Shown here: in pieces, positions 36,003 through 49,063 of the stretch
Layout of the letters: each line of letters starts with the position of its first letter
Numbering within the stretch: the first letter of the stretch is position 1
Source: Fistulifera solaris
Taxonomy: Eukaryota
Assembly (NCBI GenBank): GCA_030295235.1
Contig: AP026140.1
Location: 310,001 to 374,000 of the forward strand
Length of the DNA stretch: 64,000 nt
Reading direction: 5' to 3'
Translations under genes and position numbers: made by a program
The notes under the pieces: generated by a model
The model's database searches: none
What the model was told of the DNA's origin: nothing
The model's input: the letters and a program-made list of their open reading frames with translations, nothing else

Positions 36003-38304
36003 ATGAGATTTTTGCATCTGATTAGTCTCCTTTCCGTCGCCACCGCTTGGGTACCATCGGCGAGCAGTCACATTCCCACCACCGCACTCTCCATGGTCGC
36101 TTCAAGTACCAGCCCCGCACAGAAAGTTGCCGAAATGCCTCGTGGAATGGATGGACGACTCGAACAAGCTTTTGCTTCCGCGAAGGAAAAGGGCGAAGCG
36201 GCGTTTGTCACATTTGTCACGGCGGGGTATCCGCAAAAGCAAGGTGCGTGCGTGTCTGGGAGACTTTTATCGATGATCTTTTGCTTTCAACGTAAGATTC
36301 GGCTTGTCTCACACCAGACTGTAATTAACTTTTACTACAGACACTCCGGCTATCTTACTGGCTATGCAAGAGGGCGGTGCTAGTATTATTGAGTTGGGTA
36401 TTCCCTACACCGATCCTCAAGCGGACGGCACCACAATTCAGCGAACGAACCAAAAAGCCATCAAGGGTGGTACAAAGACCATCGAAGACTGCTTGGCAAT
36501 GGTCAAGCAAGCTCGTGACGAAGGTTTGACCGTTCCTGTTGTGTTGATGGGATACTACAATCCTTTCCTTCAATATGGACTCGAGAAATTGTGCGTCGAC
36601 ACAAAAGAAGCCGGTGCCGATGGATTTATTGTTGTTGATCTGCCGCCTCAAGAAGGTGTTGAATTGAACAATTATTGCGTACAGAATGGCTTGTCGAACG
36701 TCCCGTTGGTTGCCCCCACCAGCAGCGATAAGCGTATCGAAGCCCTTACTTCCATCGCGAGCTCGTTCTTGTATTGTGTTTCGGTCACGGGTGTGACGGG
36801 TGCTCGGGATGCCTTACCCGATGATTTGGAAGATTTTATCGGTCGCGTTCGTGAAAAGACTCCCTTGCCCTTGTGCGTCGGTTTCGGTATCTCGACTCCC
36901 CAGATGGTACAAGGGGTGGCGGACATTTCCGATGGTGTGGTCGTCGGAAGTGCTATTTTGAATGCTATGGATTCCTTGGGCGAAGATGCCAGTACGGAAG
37001 AGAAGGCTGAAGCTATTCGTAAGGCTGTAGCTCATTTGAAGACAGGAACGAAACAATCCGAAACTGCCAAAAATCAAGCGACTGCTCTAGGACAGATTCC
37101 CAAGGCTTGGTCGGCATCGAAAGAACATCCCGGACGTTTCGGTGATTTTGGCGGTCAATACATTCCCGAAACACTCAGTGTTGCTTTTGAGGAATTCGAG
37201 GAATCGTTCGAAAAGCTCAAGAACGATCCTGAGTTTTTGGCGGAGCTGGATGAATACCGTCGTGATTTTGTCGGTGGCCCAACCCCTCTTCACAAGGCGG
37301 AACGACTCACTGAATTCGCCGGCGGTGCCACAATTTGGTTGAAGCGCGAAGATTTGGCACACACCGGTGCCCACAAAATCAACAACGCGATTGGACAGGC
37401 CCTCATGGCCAAGCGACTGGGCAAACCACGCATCATTGCTGAGACGGGCGCCGGACAACACGGTGTCGCCACAGCCACTGTTTGCGCCAAATTGGGATTG
37501 GAATGCATCGTTTACATGGGTGCCGTGGACTGTGAGCGACAGAAACTTAATGTTTTCCGTATGAACACTCTCGGTGCCAAAGTAGTACCGGTGGAGGAAG
37601 GGCAACGCACATTGAAAGACGCCATTAACGAAGCCATGCGTGATTGGGTCACTAACGTTCGCAACACACATTATCTGATTGGAAGTGCGGTAGGACCTCA
37701 TCCGTTCCCTGCCGTCGTACGAGAATTTCAGTCGGTTATGGGACGAGAAATTAAGCAGCAGATGAAAGAAAAAAGCGAACAAGCTGCCTGATGCCGTGGT
37801 GGCCTGTGTGGGTGGAGGCAGTAACGCCATTGGTGCGTTTGCGCCTTTGCGGACGACAAGGAAGTGAAACTGTACGGCGCCGAAGCTGCCGGACGCGGTA
37901 TCGAAGTTGACGAGGAGCATTGTGCGAGTTTGACCAAGGGAACACCGGGTGTTTTGCAAGGTGCCTTGACCTACTTGATTCAAGAGAAGTCAGGACAGAC
38001 TTTGAAGACGCATTCCATCAGCGCTGGACTCGATTATCCCGGCGTAGGACCTGAGCACGCTTATTTGAAAGCATCTGGCAGAGCTACGTACCTCGCTGTC
38101 ACCGATGACGAGGCATTGCAAGGATTCAAATGGATGTGTGAGCTAGAAGGTATCATTCCCGCTCTTGAAACAAGTCACGCTATCTACTTGGCGGTGCAAC
38201 TAGCCAAGGAAATGGGACCTGGCAAAGACATTGTTATTAACATGAGTGGACGCGGAGACAAGGATATGCCGCAGATCGCCCGAATTATGGGAGTTGACGT
38301 CTAG
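36003..38304 (+). CDS. TRP5: Plastid-targeted bifunctional tryptophan synthase (alpha-beta fusion)
   Basis: Signal peptide ending ATA-WVP; intron 36244-36340. Alpha motifs [31 protein letters not shown]. Beta motifs [41 protein letters not shown]. Two compensating single-base errors at 37769-37774 and ~37844-37848. Confidence 0.96.
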
Positions 38305-38427
38305 ACAGACTGCAGCACGTAATTACATAAGAAAGATTCTGTTAAAAGGCAATTAAAGTTTTGTCGATTAAATTTTTTTAAAATGTCTTCAGCGCTTAGA
38401 CACGACACGCGACTGTTGGTATGCTAA

Positions 38428-38664
38428 CTAAACCCCCACAACAATTTTTGGTTGTGACGGACGACTCATCACGCGCAGTATCGTCCACAAGGAGCCCATG
38501 ACTACCACTCCCAAACCAACTTTACGAGCTTGTCGCTTGAATCGAGTCAAGTTACTTTCGTGAAGGCTTCGATACGTCGTCAATTCATCGGCATTCCACA
38601 CGTTCCCTACGAAACAGCCCGCCAAGAACGTCACGGCGTAGGAAACAATAACACGGCTTGACAT
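38428..38664 (-). CDS. Small two-helix membrane protein (78 aa)
   Basis: ATG ORF between TRP5 and NUDC, with two hydrophobic segments (VIVSYAVTFLAGCFVG; VGLGVVVMGSLWTIL). Confidence 0.6.
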   Translation of the reverse strand: MSSRVIVSYAVTFLAGCFVGNVWNADELTTYRSLHESNLTRFKRQARKVGLGVVVMGSLWTILRVMSRPSQPKIVVGV

Positions 38665-38931
38665 CTAAACCGATTCTGTGTTAAGAGATAGACAAATTTT
38701 TGACTTCGCGTATTAGACTTTGCTTCCTGGTATTCATTTTTTAATCGAACGAATAAAGAAGCGAAAAAAGGTGCGCGCACTACAAACCACGATGACGTCA
38801 GGAGCGTGGACGGCCAGACGTTTGCGGAATTTTTGACATGACCGCGCAAGCGCACCGCGAAAAAGCAGCTCATTTATTTTGTTTGTTCGCATTGAAGTTG
38901 CTTGTGCAATTTTAAATAATTCCTTTCGATC

Positions 38932-39850
38932 ATGCCGGACTTCACAACAGACGAGCGCTTCGACGGGCTGTATTTGAACGTTGCGCAAACGGCGCAAGGC
39001 ATCGAGCCTCTTTTGGATACGGTGTTTTCGTTCTTGCGGCGCAAAACGGATTTTTTTCAGTGGCGGCGGAGGACCGGATGCTGCGATCAATAAAGTCAAT
39101 GAGGTGTTGCAAAAGCACGTAGATATTTATAACAAGGAGCAGCTGAAGAAAAAGCCAAAAACAGTAAAAAAGACCGAGCCGAAAAAGAAGGAAGAAGGAG
39201 AAGTAGTGGAAATTGGCAACGACGGTGTGTTTGATGTTTCCGATGCGCCAGAAGCAAGCCCAGCAGTAGCACCTTCTGTTCTTTCCGTAGAAGCTCCGCA
39301 GGCCACTAAAGAAGTAATATCGTCCAGCGACGACGTTCCTCCTTTAGGAAATGGAGGCACTGTGCCTGGCAAATACACATGGACCCAGACGCTGGCCGAG
39401 GTACAAATTACAGTGCCTCTCCCCACCGGAACTCGGGGGCGCGATATGAATGTCGTGATGGGTAAACGCCATTTAAAAGTGGGTTTACTGCGTCAGCCTT
39501 TGATTATCGATGCTCCGCTGCACAAAGCCATTATTCTTGACGATTCGTTTTGGACCATTGAAGACAACAATCGTCTTGTTCTCAACTTGCAAAAATCAAA
39601 CCAAATGGAGTGGTGGGATTGTGTATGCCAGGGCGACCCGACTATCGACGTTACCAAGATTCGTCCCGAAAATTCCAGTGTGTCGGACTTGGATGGCGAA
39701 ACACGGAAAACGGTAGAGAAAATGATGTACGATCAGCGGCAACGCGCTCAAGGCTTACCCACGAGTGAGGAAGAAGAGAAAATGAATATGCTCAAGAAGT
39801 TTCAAGAACAGCATCCCGAGCTCGACTTTAGTAATGCCAAAATAAATTAG
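38932..39850 (+). CDS. NUDC: Nuclear migration protein NudC (CS domain)
   Basis: ERFDGLYLNVAQ..GIEPLLDTVFSFLRRKTDFF (joined by removing one T at 39051-39057), GNGG..YTWTQTL, PENSSVSDLDGETRKTVEKMMYDQRQ, QHPELDFSNAK. Confidence 0.95.
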
Positions 39851-39928
39851 ACTAGCGTAAAATATTCATCTGCTTTAATTTAGTTATAGTACATACTCAT
39901 CGTTCTTACTGACTGCTTCAAAGGCTGT

Positions 39929-40684
39929 TTATAATCCAAACTTGTCATCACCTTTCTTCTTATTCCTACGATTGGGCTTCTTATTGAGCATCAAATCCCA
40001 CACGTTCGGTAATTCGGTCTTTTGCTTTTGCTGATCGGGTAAAGGTGTAGGATCCAGTTCACCCGTTGCCACGCCGTAAGCTACCCTCACGCCAAGTAAA
40101 AATATTCCGAGGCCGGTCACCCCGAAAAATCCGGTCGCCAACGAAATGATCCCCATAACGACGTTGCGAAAAACCGCTGCTAGGCGTTCCACAACATAAA
40201 AGTCCGAAACAACCGGATGACTAGCAAAAATTCAGCAGCAGTTGTCGTCAGGGTCCATAAACCGAACGCGGCCGCCAAAGCAAGTACTCCACCGATGGTT
40301 GTGACGACTGGGTTGACACCGTTCAGATTTCGAGCAGCAGCTATTGCGGCTTCACGTTCTTCGTCTGTTTTCTGAGAGCGAAATCCATCGAAGTTTTTAC
40401 TAAATTTAGATCGAGCGCCAAACTTTTCTTTCTGTTTGGCCTCTTGCAGTTCTTGCATCAAGCGTTCATTCACAGTCCCTGTCTGAGCCGCAAGTTGAGT
40501 TGCTTCCTCTGGTTTCGATGCGGCCGCCGCGGCAGTTGCGAGCGGCCCTAAAATTTCCCCCTTCTTCATTTGCCTTGGGAGGAGCTGCGTGAATTGGAAA
40601 GTGTCTAGTTTTTAACGGCGCCATTGTGAAAGAAACTCCACCTTCGATGAAGAGAAGCAATGCAATTATTATTCGACGAAGCAT
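39929..40684 (-). CDS. Plastid-targeted membrane protein, DUF3082-like
   Basis: Three ORFs join with single-base fixes at 40557-40561 and 40226-40230. Signal peptide ..GGVS-F, then two TM regions flanking FFASHPV..YVVERLAAVFRNVVMG. Confidence 0.7.
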
Positions 40685-41332
40685 ATCGCAGACCTGTTTT
40701 CGTGAATTGGCTCGACTCCAAGGGATATGTTTGGTAATTGGATACTTAGTAATAAAAACCGTGCCTTACTAGCACCATCTGAGCAGCAACAGCAGATGCG
40801 AGCATCATCAACATGCGATGATGCGATGATGTGAAAAAAATAAAAAGGATGCGCCGCGTGCGAGAGATGAGAACGTAAAGACGGACAGGCTTTGGGTACC
40901 GTTAGGACTAGTGACTCGTAATCTCGTTTGGTTATGGTAAAAGGGCATAGGTTCTTGAAAAGATTTGGAGTACAGACACTATCTGGTCACGACTAACATT
41001 TGATTCGTGCGCTTGTCGATTCCCATCTCCAATTGCAAACCGTCTAAACAGAGTTAGTCATCGCTAAATCGTGTTCCGACAGATGTCTGCGCTGTTATAA
41101 CTAACGGCTCTATCCATTCTATAATACCGAATGGTTTTTAATCGTTAGTAACTGGTAACTGGTGACTGTGAAAGGTGAAAGTGTCGAGGTACCTGGTACT
41201 GTATTATTTTGTTGACATTCGTTGACATCGCACGATCTCGGCTTTTTTCATGAACGACAAAAATTATTTCGCAGAAAAATGAGAGCAATTCCACCTCGAC
41301 AACGAAGTCGCACAGAGGCATCCTTGTGCACA

Positions 41333-41680
41333 ATGCCAATTGCCACTTCAAAACTTCAAGTGAAGAATGTAATTTTTGCTTTCCTTGCAATGGCTTTTCT
41401 CATCGAAACCAGCGAGTCCGTGCTCAGCGTAATCAAGTCGACAGTGAAGAACAGCCGCCGATTGGTGGGCCCGATGCTGTCATCCACAATAATGAGCAAG
41501 GAAGCGATTCCATTCACCCTACACGACATATTTCAACGCATCGAGTACATTGACTGCGATTTTGAAAACGATGGAAGCTTGGAAGACGTCAGTGGACGTC
41601 CTTCGAAGACACCTATCCATAGGACATTGCGGGGCACTATCGATCGGCATCACCCTTTGGACGCCCTAGTCATGCCATGA
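41333..41680 (+). CDS. Small secreted protein with RRL/LRG motifs
   Basis: Hydrophobic signal VIFAFLAMAFLI. Contains NSRRL and RTLRG, resembling the RXL processing motifs of diatom secreted proteins. Confidence 0.55.
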   Translation: MPIATSKLQVKNVIFAFLAMAFLIETSESVLSVIKSTVKNSRRLVGPMLSSTIMSKEAIPFTLHDIFQRIEYIDCDFENDGSLEDVSGRPSKTPIHRTLRGTIDRHHPLDALVMP

Positions 41681-42136
41681 CCACATCATCTGGTAGTCTC
41701 TGTCTATTTGTATTAAATTAAAGATTTTCTATTATAGTAAAATCTCTATTTTTTGCCCAAGTTACAGATGCAAATTGTATCGGCACACTTACTTCAGGGC
41801 AAAAGCGTATGAATCGCCCCACCTTTGTAGCATCGCGAAATGAGTTGTTAAATTAGTTATAACGTCATTTATTAGCTCTCTATAACTTGGGAGACTAAAG
41901 ACTGGACCTTGTTATCGTCATATTTATTTTTCATCGGCATCAAGTATAGTCCGGTACCGCTACGACTCCGGCCTCCAATCAAAATCGAACGCCGCGCAGA
42001 AGCCCGGTTCTTCGCTTTATTTCCACAACATTTTTTTCAACGGCAGAGAACTATTGTCGTCAATATAGACAATGAAACGCCAATCGCACGCTAGTCAACT
42101 AGACGAACGCCAAGCAAACGCCCCTGATAGAACGAA

Positions 42137-43361
42137 ATGACGAAATACGCGACGGTGAGAAGAAGGGAGAGCATCCCTCAAGAATTAGAAGACCCGGATG
42201 ATTGTACGGTGGGCGAAGCCCCCGCTCAGGATGATGATGTGTTGGTGATGTCGAGTCAATCCGCACTCTCGTTTTCTTTCAACAATTCATTTCAAAGCAA
42301 CATTGGAACCTTACCGAAAGAGATCCGGAACATTATTGGCGGCGGTATAGCAGGTATGGTGGCCAAGTCTGTGGTGGCGCCGGCGGACCGCATCAAAATT
42401 CTGTTTCAAGTCAGTTCGGTCGAATTTCGATTACGCAATCTGCCGCTAGTCGTGGGAACCATTCGAAGAGAAGAAGGCTGGACGGCTTTGTGGAAAGGAA
42501 ATACTGCTACAATGATACGAGTCATTCCGTATTCGGGCATTCAGTTCATGGTCTTTGAGAAGTGCAAGACGTACTTTTTACAACAACATTCGAAAGGCAT
42601 CTATCCCATCGATCAAGGAAGTAGTGGTAAGCACGGCCTGACTCCACTAGAATCCTTGCTCAGTGGAATGCTGGCAGGGTCGGTTTCGGTGGTCTGCACC
42701 TACCCTTTGGATTTGGCTCGAGCGCAATTGGCTGTATTAAAACGAAAACAAAACGCGGCGCATTCGATTAGGTTTTTGGACATCTTCCGTCAAAATTATT
42801 CCAGGGGTGGAATTACTGGCTTGTTTCGAGGGCTGAGTATTACTTTGGCAGGGATGCTACCATATGCGGGAATTGCGTTTGCTTTGAATGAACAGACGAA
42901 ACGAGAAGTGAGTGTCAGATTGTTCGCTTTGAGCATGGCTCGATACTAACGTTTAACGGACATCTCACAAATGCTTCAACGACTAGATTCAGCATGTGAC
43001 GGGTCGTGATTTGAGTACGATGGAACGAATTCAATGCGGTGCTTTGGCTGGATTGGTGGCTCAGACTGTGACGTATCCACTCGAGGTGACACGGCGGCGC
43101 ATGCAAACAATAGGATTGGTGGGTACTGATACGGCTCTGGCAGAAATTGGAAATAGGACAATACCAACTGTGGCTCCTCCAACCATTCGCGAAACGATTC
43201 GGAGTCTTTATGCAGAACAAGGTGTAAGAGGATTTTTCAAAGGCGTGACGATGAATTGGATGAAAGGCCCGGTGGCGTTTGGTATCTCTTTCACAACGTT
43301 TGATTTCGTAAAGAAATTCTTAGAAACGGAAGAGGAGCGACAGAGTCAAAGAAACGGGTAA
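42137..43361 (+). CDS. Mitochondrial carrier, SLC25A42/Leu5 (CoA carrier)-like
   Basis: Intron 42908-42986. Three Px[D/E]xx[K/R] repeats (PADRIK, PLDLAR, PLEVTRRRMQ) and LWKGNTATMIRVIPYSGIQF. Confidence 0.9.
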
Positions 43362-43461
43362 TGTTCTCTATTTGCTACATTGAAACGATGCTTGCCGTCA
43401 TGCTAGCTCAAATTACAAGCGATTAGCACGAGGTTCCCCTTGCCCACGAGATGATAGAGCC

Positions 43462-43901
43462 CTACAGCTCTTCTTTTTGCCTTAGCTTTTCTTCGTATGC
43501 TTCCTTTTTCCTACGTTCTCTCTCCAAGATATGTTCTATTTCTATGTCAGCGGGTACCATGCTCAACTTTTTGATCCGTTTTTGAAGTACTCCAATTTTC
43601 TTTTGATATTCTATCAAATCATCCTCGCTCAGCAAGCTAGCGCCACTAGCGTGATCCTTCAAGCGTCGCTTCGCATCCAGCAACAATTTCTCTATCTTTT
43701 CTTTGCGCTCTCTACGTTGTTCCAACACGTCTTCGCGCTGCCAAAAAACAAACAAAGACGTAAAGTTGGAAACGACGAAAGAAGAAAGTTCCGTACGAAG
43801 CTACACGTACCGTCATCAAGTAGTCGCTCCGTTGCCTTGCCGCCACTGCAGTTATGTAGAGGGCTGCAAGAAAGAAAAAGACTTTTCTTAAAGATCGACA
43901 T
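43462..43901 (-). CDS. Small secretory coiled-coil protein ending KEEL (tandem copy A)
   Basis: Exon 43901-43811 (signal peptide restored by removing one base at 43875-43879), intron 43810-43738, exon 43737-43462. Paralog of the next gene. Confidence 0.75.
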
Positions 43902-44581
43902 GATGTCAAGGTTAGTCTAGTGCTTACAGCAAGGTCCTTGTTGAGCGTCAACTGAATTTCGTGTCACTGATAAAAGTTATTGAAGGCCTCATTATTTTGC
44001 GCGCTCGCTAAAATAAGTGCGCGAACAATGATTGCTATAGTATAAAAGTGTAGTATCGTTGTTGTCCGTCTATAGCGAATTGAATACTTCCACGCGGATC
44101 TTCTCATGTCAGTTCTTGCTAGGGACGTCTTAAATGTCATGCATTAAACACCGTAGACTCATAATAGAAAAAATCTGCAAAACAAGTCGTACAGATAGGG
44201 ATGCTTCAGCTTTGATAGTAGATAAGAACTGGCGCGATGAAACGTCTATAATTATTCGCAGCGATAGCACAAGGGAAATCTGTTCTGAAGGCATTGCAAT
44301 GCATTGTTGATCAAGCATCTTCCCAGCTTTACGATTCAATGTGAATCTATATGCGTTTCAGTTGCTTGATGGTAAAGTATTTTCTAATTTGTTCTTTAGC
44401 GACAGCGCGATGGCCCGCTCTTGATTTGCCACGATACTGTCACGACGTCTATTTATAAATCGTAGCAGAAAGCTCATATTCGGTACACCATTCCCAAGAG
44501 TCTTTACAAAGTAAACAAGCATAGAAACGAATCTCTAATTTTGCTAAGGACGCACTGTCTTATGAATTTTCGTACACTCTT

Positions 44582-45032
44582 TTATAACTCTTCTCGCGCT
44601 CGACGACGCTCGTCGCTTCGCCTCTTCATCTCTCTTTCGCGAGCTAAGATACGTTCTACTTCATGTTCATCGGGTATTGTCCGCATCTTTTCGATTTTTT
44701 TGGTGAAAACTTCCACTTTCTTTTCCATTTTGGCCAATTCCTCGTCCGTGAGCAAACGAGTGCCGCTTTTGTGGTCAGCCACACGCTGTTTGGCGTCCAG
44801 CAGCAGTTTCTCCAGCTGATCACTACGCGCTTTGTGACTCGCTAGCAATTCTTCTCTCTGTATTCAAGCATAGGTGTTGTCAGAGGAATGAGCGAATGAG
44901 TTACAGTCAGAAGCGCCGATCTTTGGCGAGGCAAAAACCTAGACCTACCGTTGTCCACAAATCGGTTTCCGCTATCGACGAACCAAGAAAAAGCGTCGCA
45001 AGAAAGAGAATACTGCGGTTAAGGTTCAACAT
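44582..45032 (-). CDS. Small secretory coiled-coil protein ending REEL (tandem copy B)
   Basis: Exon 45032-44949 (MLNLNRSILFLATLFLGSSIA), intron 44948-44858, exon 44857-44582. Shares EKLLLDAK.R..DH.SG..LL and E.E.IL.RER with copy A. Confidence 0.82.
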
Positions 45033-45457
45033 AACTAAATTGTTTTTAATATGTATAAGGCTGCTACAGTTTTTAACAAATAATCGTTGCGTTCAAAGTT
45101 GTTCATTCCGTCGTCGTCGTCGTGCAGGTGGGAGATCTTGCGGGGCGATATTGATGTGACATGTGACCGCGCGCTGTGACTGCGTGAACTGTGACCATGA
45201 CCACTGTATTTCCGTTGGAGGTGGGGAGTGCGCTTTTACTCTAGTGCTCGAATGTAGACCACTTTTTATTGTAGTCAAGGCTGTCCTTCCACTTCCACGT
45301 GGAGACTGCCCCTCTCGATCATCAAGGCAACAAATAAATAATGCGATCGCACAATCACGCGCAAACCGCAAGCAGACGAACAAAATAAAAACAAAACAAG
45401 ATATCTGAGAAATCCTACAAACACCATTAACTACGCAACTACTCTCTTCATACAATC

Positions 45458-46213
45458 ATGACTGGTGTTATTCCTCCCTCCCAGGAGCGTCTTTTAGACG
45501 CGGAAGCTATTGAACAAGCGGCGTCTACTGTCTCACGACCAACAGCGCGTATGCATCTCGAGGCTCTGGCGAAAAAACTACGCAAAGAATCCGAGGCGTT
45601 ACAACGCGTGGAAAAGTCCTCGGCAATGGCTAATTCTGGAACCGAAGAAGCGGCTCCTGCTCCAGCGGCAGTACCAGTAGCGGCACCCGCAGAATTATCC
45701 GCTCCCGTCACAGCATCTCCGTCGGTCAAATACGTTTCAATTGATCGTTTTGCGTTCGACGCTGGAGGTTACGACGCTCCCTTTGTGACTCTGTATATTC
45801 CCCTTCCCGGTGCGGGATCTATTTCCGCAGATAATGTTCAGTGCAATTTCACCAAAGACTCGTTCGATTTGATTGTACGTGATTTGCAAGGAAAATCGTA
45901 CCGGTTGCTTAAAGACAATCTTGAAAAAGACATTGATCCTGCGAAAAGCAAATATATCATCAAGTCAGACAAAGTCGTTCTCAAATTGCACAAGGTGAAG
46001 ACTAGTGAATATGGTGGCTACGATTACTGGACGAAGTTGACGGACAAGAAGGATCGCAAGAGTTCTAGTAAGAAAGACGACCCGCAAAAGAGTATCATGG
46101 ATCTCATGAAAGACATGTACAATGAAGGAGATGATAATATGAAGAAAGTGATCGGAGAAACATTTATGAAACAACAACGCGGAGAACTGGGTGGAACTGG
46201 CATGGATTTTTAG
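45458..46213 (+). CDS. CACYBP: Calcyclin-binding protein / Siah-interacting protein (CS and SGS domains)
   Basis: ERLLDAEAI..RP..R..L N-terminus, PAAVPVA linker, CS domain, DPQKSIMDLMKDMYNEGDDNMKKVIGE. Confidence 0.88.
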   Translation: MTGVIPPSQERLLDAEAIEQAASTVSRPTARMHLEALAKKLRKESEALQRVEKSSAMANSGTEEAAPAPAAVPVAAPAELSAPVTASPSVKYVSIDRFAFDAGGYDAPFVTLYIPLPGAGSISADNVQCNFTKDSFDLIVRDLQGKSYRLLKDNLEKDIDPAKSKYIIKSDKVVLKLHKVKTSEYGGYDYWTKLTDKKDRKSSSKKDDPQKSIMDLMKDMYNEGDDNMKKVIGETFMKQQRGELGGTGMDF

Positions 46214-46948
46214 ACGCTCGCTAGAGATAGCGAAATAGAACGATCACGTTAGGACGATTTTAGGTTTTGACATGAGCTGATAGCGCAGACTTGTACCAGA
46301 TGTATACTTGTGTTATTTGCAAAAATTGACTATAACGTTGATCTTACTTAAGCTATCTAGCGGTTGCTGCTCACTGCTCACTATTGCGGACACCATCGTA
46401 CATAGAGCAGCGGTCACTCCCATTCTACTATCTGCTTTAACTGAAAGCAGACGAAAAGAAGGATCGGTGCCCTATTTTATTATTTTGAATTCTGTTTATA
46501 GAAGTTAAAGAGTAGAACACTGCTTCTATTATCAGAAATTTCCGGGGCTTGGAACGCTTGAGACACAAGTAGCCATCTCTAATTTTCATCCTTAACAAAA
46601 GAATCGTTCAACTGCAGCATCAGCAAGACAAGGCAAGTAAGACATACCGAGTGTGACTATTACGCAATTTGTGCCTAGTTTTTCTTTTTATATAAATTAG
46701 AGGAAGCCCTAAACTATCGCTCGACCCTAAGAAAGTGCCAGTAAGACATTAATATCACCACTGTACATTCGACAGTACTACCAGGAAAACAGTCAAACAA
46801 ATTCATTCCGCGTTTTCCGTTTAGCCTTTTTGACAATTGACATCTTCGCCTATTGCCTATTGCTGCTCTTGTTAATGACACTTTGTGACCAAACAATTAT
46901 TACCATTCAGCTCACATCCCTCTTGTAAAACATTAGTTTCTTAATCCG

Positions 46949-48304
46949 ATGGGTGCGGCAAACTCTAAGCAACAGAGTCTTATTAATAAGCGGCAAAAAG
47001 TCAATGATTACTCGAATCCGAAGGTCCAAATCACTTCGGAGCATCTCATGAGAAAAACTTATCCGCTTTTCGCTGTGCGACAAATTGCAAATGCATACGC
47101 GGCACGGGCAAAAGCTGCATGTCCTCCAGAATGCAATCCTACCATGCCACTGCTGTACGCACTGGGTAAGCGCTACGTACAGGCCTGATGTAAGAACCTC
47201 CATTTCCTGGTCTAAACTTGTCTGTTTCGGGCTCTTTTTGCAGCACGTTCCTGGGCGTGGGGCGCCGTGGCTTATCGATGTCAAACCCATCCGCAAGAAG
47301 CCGAAGCTGTTGACGAGAAAGGAGATACTACTCTACATTGGGCCTGCTTTGGAAACTGTCCAGCGGCGACGGTCGAATTGATCCTGCAGGCGAATCCATC
47401 TCAGGCCACGCTTGTGAATATAAAAGGCGAATTACCTCTGCATCTAGCATGCTCTTACCGTGCGTCAGCGGAAACAATTCGCGTCGTGTTGGAAGCGAAC
47501 CCAGCGGCGGCGAATGAATTCACACTAGCTGGCTCGAATCCCTTACACTTGCTGGCCGATTATGGTGGGTCTGCGGAAGCGATGTGGCACATCCTGAGAG
47601 CCAGTTCCACAGCTGCGACCGTGTGCGATCATCTGTACCAAAGGCGGCCCATGGAAATATTAAACGGACGCAAGAATATGCACGAATTTTCCTCTGTTCG
47701 TGAAACGCTCCGCTCCGTGCGTCGAAAACAGAAGCTTTTGCGAGAGGATTCGATAGAATGGAGCGACCTAGAAGTAGGTATCGAAGAATATCGTACAAGC
47801 GAGTTTTGGCAGAAAATCGCTCTTTTGGCTGTAGCAGAAAGTCGATTCGACGATGCTTTACTCCAGATGCAACCAATTGACCTTGTCAGTCATCCTGTGG
47901 TTCTAATGGCATGTGTTTCAAACGCACTGTGCCCACCCTCCATTCAGGAATTTGCAATTTTGTTATATTCACATCAACTTATGGTTCCCTACGACGGGAA
48001 CTTAGCACTTCACGAAGCAGTTAAGGCGGGGAGTTTTCACGCCTTACAAGACCTCTTGTTCTACGCTCCCGATGCGTCTCAAGTTCGCAGCGAAGAAGCT
48101 AAGTTACCACTAACTTACTTACTGGAAAGAGAAGATGCAACTTGGTTGGATGGTGTTGGATACTTGATGCAAGCCTATCCTCCAGCTTTGCAAGATACCG
48201 CTTTGCCTGTCGCCTATTACCCCATACTTTGGTCGCGATTTCCTCCCGACGTTCTCTATGCGTCTATACGATGCAGCCCGGATTTACTGCACAATTTTGA
48301 ATAG
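46949..48304 (+). CDS. Ankyrin-repeat protein with possible N-myristoylation (MGAANS)
   Basis: Intron 47166-47243. GDTTLHWAC, GELPLHLAC, GSNPLHLL and GNLALHEA repeats. Confidence 0.85.
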
Positions 48305-48345
48305 CCGTGTTGAAACTTGTGTCTATTACTCTTTTACAACTCCGC

Positions 48346-48765
48346 TTATAGGTCGTCTATGTTCTTGCCTTCCATTTCGTACTCAGCATCCAGTTGCATA
48401 GCCTTCAAATGAACTTGAAACATCATCTCATTTACTTTAGACTGCGCTGTTTCAAATTCTTTCGTAGTCTCGTCGATAAACTGGAATACAGCCGTGGGCG
48501 GCGTCGGTCTACTGTGCACGTCTAATTTGATGTCGAGTTTCGGGTTAGCTTTTCGAAATCGACTCGCTTGAACTTGTCGTAATAATTCCCGAGCGGAAGT
48601 TGTGCGATTATCGAAAGCTTTTAATATCAGATACCCGAGTGAGTGCTTATGATTATCGATAATCATCGACTGCATTACTTTGCACTTACGGTTGAATTGA
48701 ATGTCGATTGTTCGAACGTATTTGAATAGGTGCGACGAAACGTCCTTGGGAAATTTGATCGGCAT
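48346..48765 (-). CDS. MRPL53: Mitochondrial ribosomal protein mL53 (L53/L44 family)
   Basis: Removing the in-frame intron 48689-48618 gives IDIQFNPFDNRTTSARELL..KANPKL..P..VFQF.D, typical of mL53. Confidence 0.75.
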   Translation of the reverse strand: MPIKFPKDVSSHLFKYVRTIDIQFNRKCKVMQSMIIDNHKHSLGYLILKAFDNRTTSARELLRQVQASRFRKANPKLDIKLDVHSRPTPPTAVFQFIDETTKEFETAQSKVNEMMFQVHLKAMQLDAEYEMEGKNIDDL

Positions 48766-49063
48766 ACTGATAAGGATATCGACTGTGAAAAGAAGCAAAT
48801 AAAGATATACTTCTCAGATCCTAACCAATAATGAATAAACAGATATTTGTTGCGAGCAGTTGGTCACTTTGCTGGCAGCAAAATAAAGTTTGCATCATGG
48901 TCGCTTTTATTTTTTGATGGCCGTGTGTGCAGAGTGCGATAAACCAGTACGGTTAGAGCTATAACCACTTAGGACTCGTGTTTTCGAATCCCGTGTCGTG
49001 GCAAATAACTCTAGGGCAGTGCTTACCTACCAAATACCAAACAAGTCTTTCATGATTCACCGG

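Noticed and set aside
37087..37983. Long antisense ORFs (298 aa here; also 8871..9569, 7765..8304 and others)
   Set aside because: They are shadows of well-supported genes on the opposite strand and have no recognisable motifs.
36003..38304. Tryptophan synthase alpha-beta fusion as a novelty, or as a split/pseudogene
   Set aside because: Fused alpha-beta enzymes are already known in fungi and stramenopiles. The internal stop lies between two compensating homopolymer indels.
31904..46213. Functional cluster of SKP1 x2, NUDC and CACYBP (Skp1-binding and CS-domain proteins)
   Set aside because: The genes are interspersed with unrelated ones and show no shared motif. Chance proximity in a compact genome is sufficient.
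48935..49003. tRNA-like segment (GGTTAGAGC ... TTCGAATCCC)
   Set aside because: A- and B-box-like words are present, but I could not fold a convincing cloverleaf with an anticodon arm. tRNAscan-SE would settle it.
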